A DNA stretch of 32,000 nt from an uncultured Bacteriovoracaceae bacterium (lineage in GTDB: Bacteria; Bdellovibrionota; Bacteriovoracia; Bacteriovoracales; Bacteriovoracaceae): positions 88,931 through 120,930 of the forward strand of contig CAXGUD010000007.1 in the NCBI GenBank assembly GCA_964012805.1, in the 5' to 3' direction. The translations under genes and the position numbers were made by a program. The notes beneath the pieces were generated by a model, which saw only the letters and a list, made by a program, of their open reading frames with translations, was not told the origin of the DNA and made no database searches. Of this stretch, positions 31,341 to 32,000 are shown piece by piece. Each line of letters starts with the position of its first letter. Position 1 is the stretch's first letter.

Positions 31341-31489
31341 GCGGTAATTTTGAAAGCCTTCCTGATTAAAAAACGATGTCGAAATAGAGAATCGTGAGTG
31401 GCTAATCTGATTAGGGGCTGAAGTTAAAAAAGGCAAAATTTACAAGAGATGACTTAGAACTTTGATACTAGAAACTGTGGAGTTTTTTA

Positions 31490-32000
31490 ATGAAATTAAT
31501 GGCTAAAACGAGGAACATTGGTATTTCTGCTCACATTGATTCGGGCAAGACAACCCTCACAGAAAGAATCCTTTACTATTGTGACATGATTCACAAAATT
31601 GAGGACGTTCGAGGTGGTGGTGCCGGAGCTAAGATGGACCATATGGAACTTGAAAAAGAAAAAGGGATTACAATTACTTCTGCTGCTACGACAGTTCATT
31701 GGAAAGGGTCTCAGGATAAGGGAATTGAAGGTGCCGAAGGTGGCGGAAAAGATATTCGTGTAAATATTATTGACACTCCAGGTCACGTTGACTTTACTGT
31801 TGAAGTTGAAAGATCCTTGAGGGTTCTTGATGGAGCGGTACTTGTTTTATGTTCTGTGGCTGGTGTTCAATCACAGTCAATTACAGTTGATAGACAAATG
31901 AGGCGTTATCATGTTCCTAGAGTCTGCTTTTTAAATAAAATGGACAGAATGGGTGCCAACCCTTGGAATGGAGTGAAGGCTCTTAAAGAAAAGTTAAAGC
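31490..32000 (+). CDS. fusA: Elongation factor G, N-terminal part (truncated by window end); mtEFG1/spdEFG1-like
   Basis: [68 protein letters not shown]...[64 protein letters not shown]. The start may be ATG 31490 or ATG 31499. Confidence 0.96.
   Translation, partial: MKLMAKTRNIGISAHIDSGKTTLTERILYYCDMIHKIEDVRGGGAGAKMDHMELEKEKGITITSAATTVHWKGSQDKGIEGAEGGGKDIRVNIIDTPGHVDFTVEVERSLRVLDGAVLVLCSVAGVQSQSITVDRQMRRYHVPRVCFLNKMDRMGANPWNGVKALKEKLK

Noticed and set aside
1-32000. CRISPR arrays, transposons/IS ends, prophage genes, retrons, toxin-antitoxin pairs, tRNA/rRNA genes
   Set aside because: I saw no regularly spaced repeats, transposase/integrase/RT motifs, or tRNA-like cloverleaf sequence. This is a visual reading only; tRNAscan-SE, Infernal and a CRISPR finder were not run.

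Overview
32 kb of low-GC, chromosomal-looking sequence with mostly housekeeping gene content. The product set and several unusual lipoproteins suggest a Bdellovibrio/Bacteriovorax-like (Bdellovibrionota/deltaproteobacterial) organism; that taxonomic call is inference only. Order: C-terminal part of a TPR protein; BamB/PQQ-like beta-propeller lipoprotein; a minus-strand block of hypothetical lipoprotein, endonuclease/exonuclease/phosphatase (EEP) protein, secreted orphan and giant (~1768 aa) cysteine-rich lipoprotein; dusB-like; HAD phosphatase; ffh; rpsP; khpA-like KH protein; single-domain response regulator; GCKR-type double-SIS protein; a tatA gene missed by the ORF track (16357-16515, minus); glyoxalase-II-like metallo-beta-lactamase (MBL) hydrolase; BFD-like ferredoxin; FecR-domain protein with a probable beta-barrel C-terminus; RimK-like ATP-grasp; secreted M14 carboxypeptidase; PilZ-GAF-AAA+-HTH regulator with a degenerate sigma54-activator core; glmM; pdxJ; bifunctional nnr; tsaE; Rrf2 regulator; cysteine desulfurase; hypothetical; start of an EF-G gene of the mtEFG1/spdEFG1 type. 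I see no CRISPR array, transposon, prophage, tRNA/rRNA gene or obvious defence island. The observations most worth follow-up are the giant Cys-rich lipoprotein with internal repeats and a possible PA-IL-like segment, the degenerate bacterial enhancer-binding protein (bEBP)-like regulator, the FecR/beta-barrel fusion, and the divergent ATP-grasp/M14 pair.
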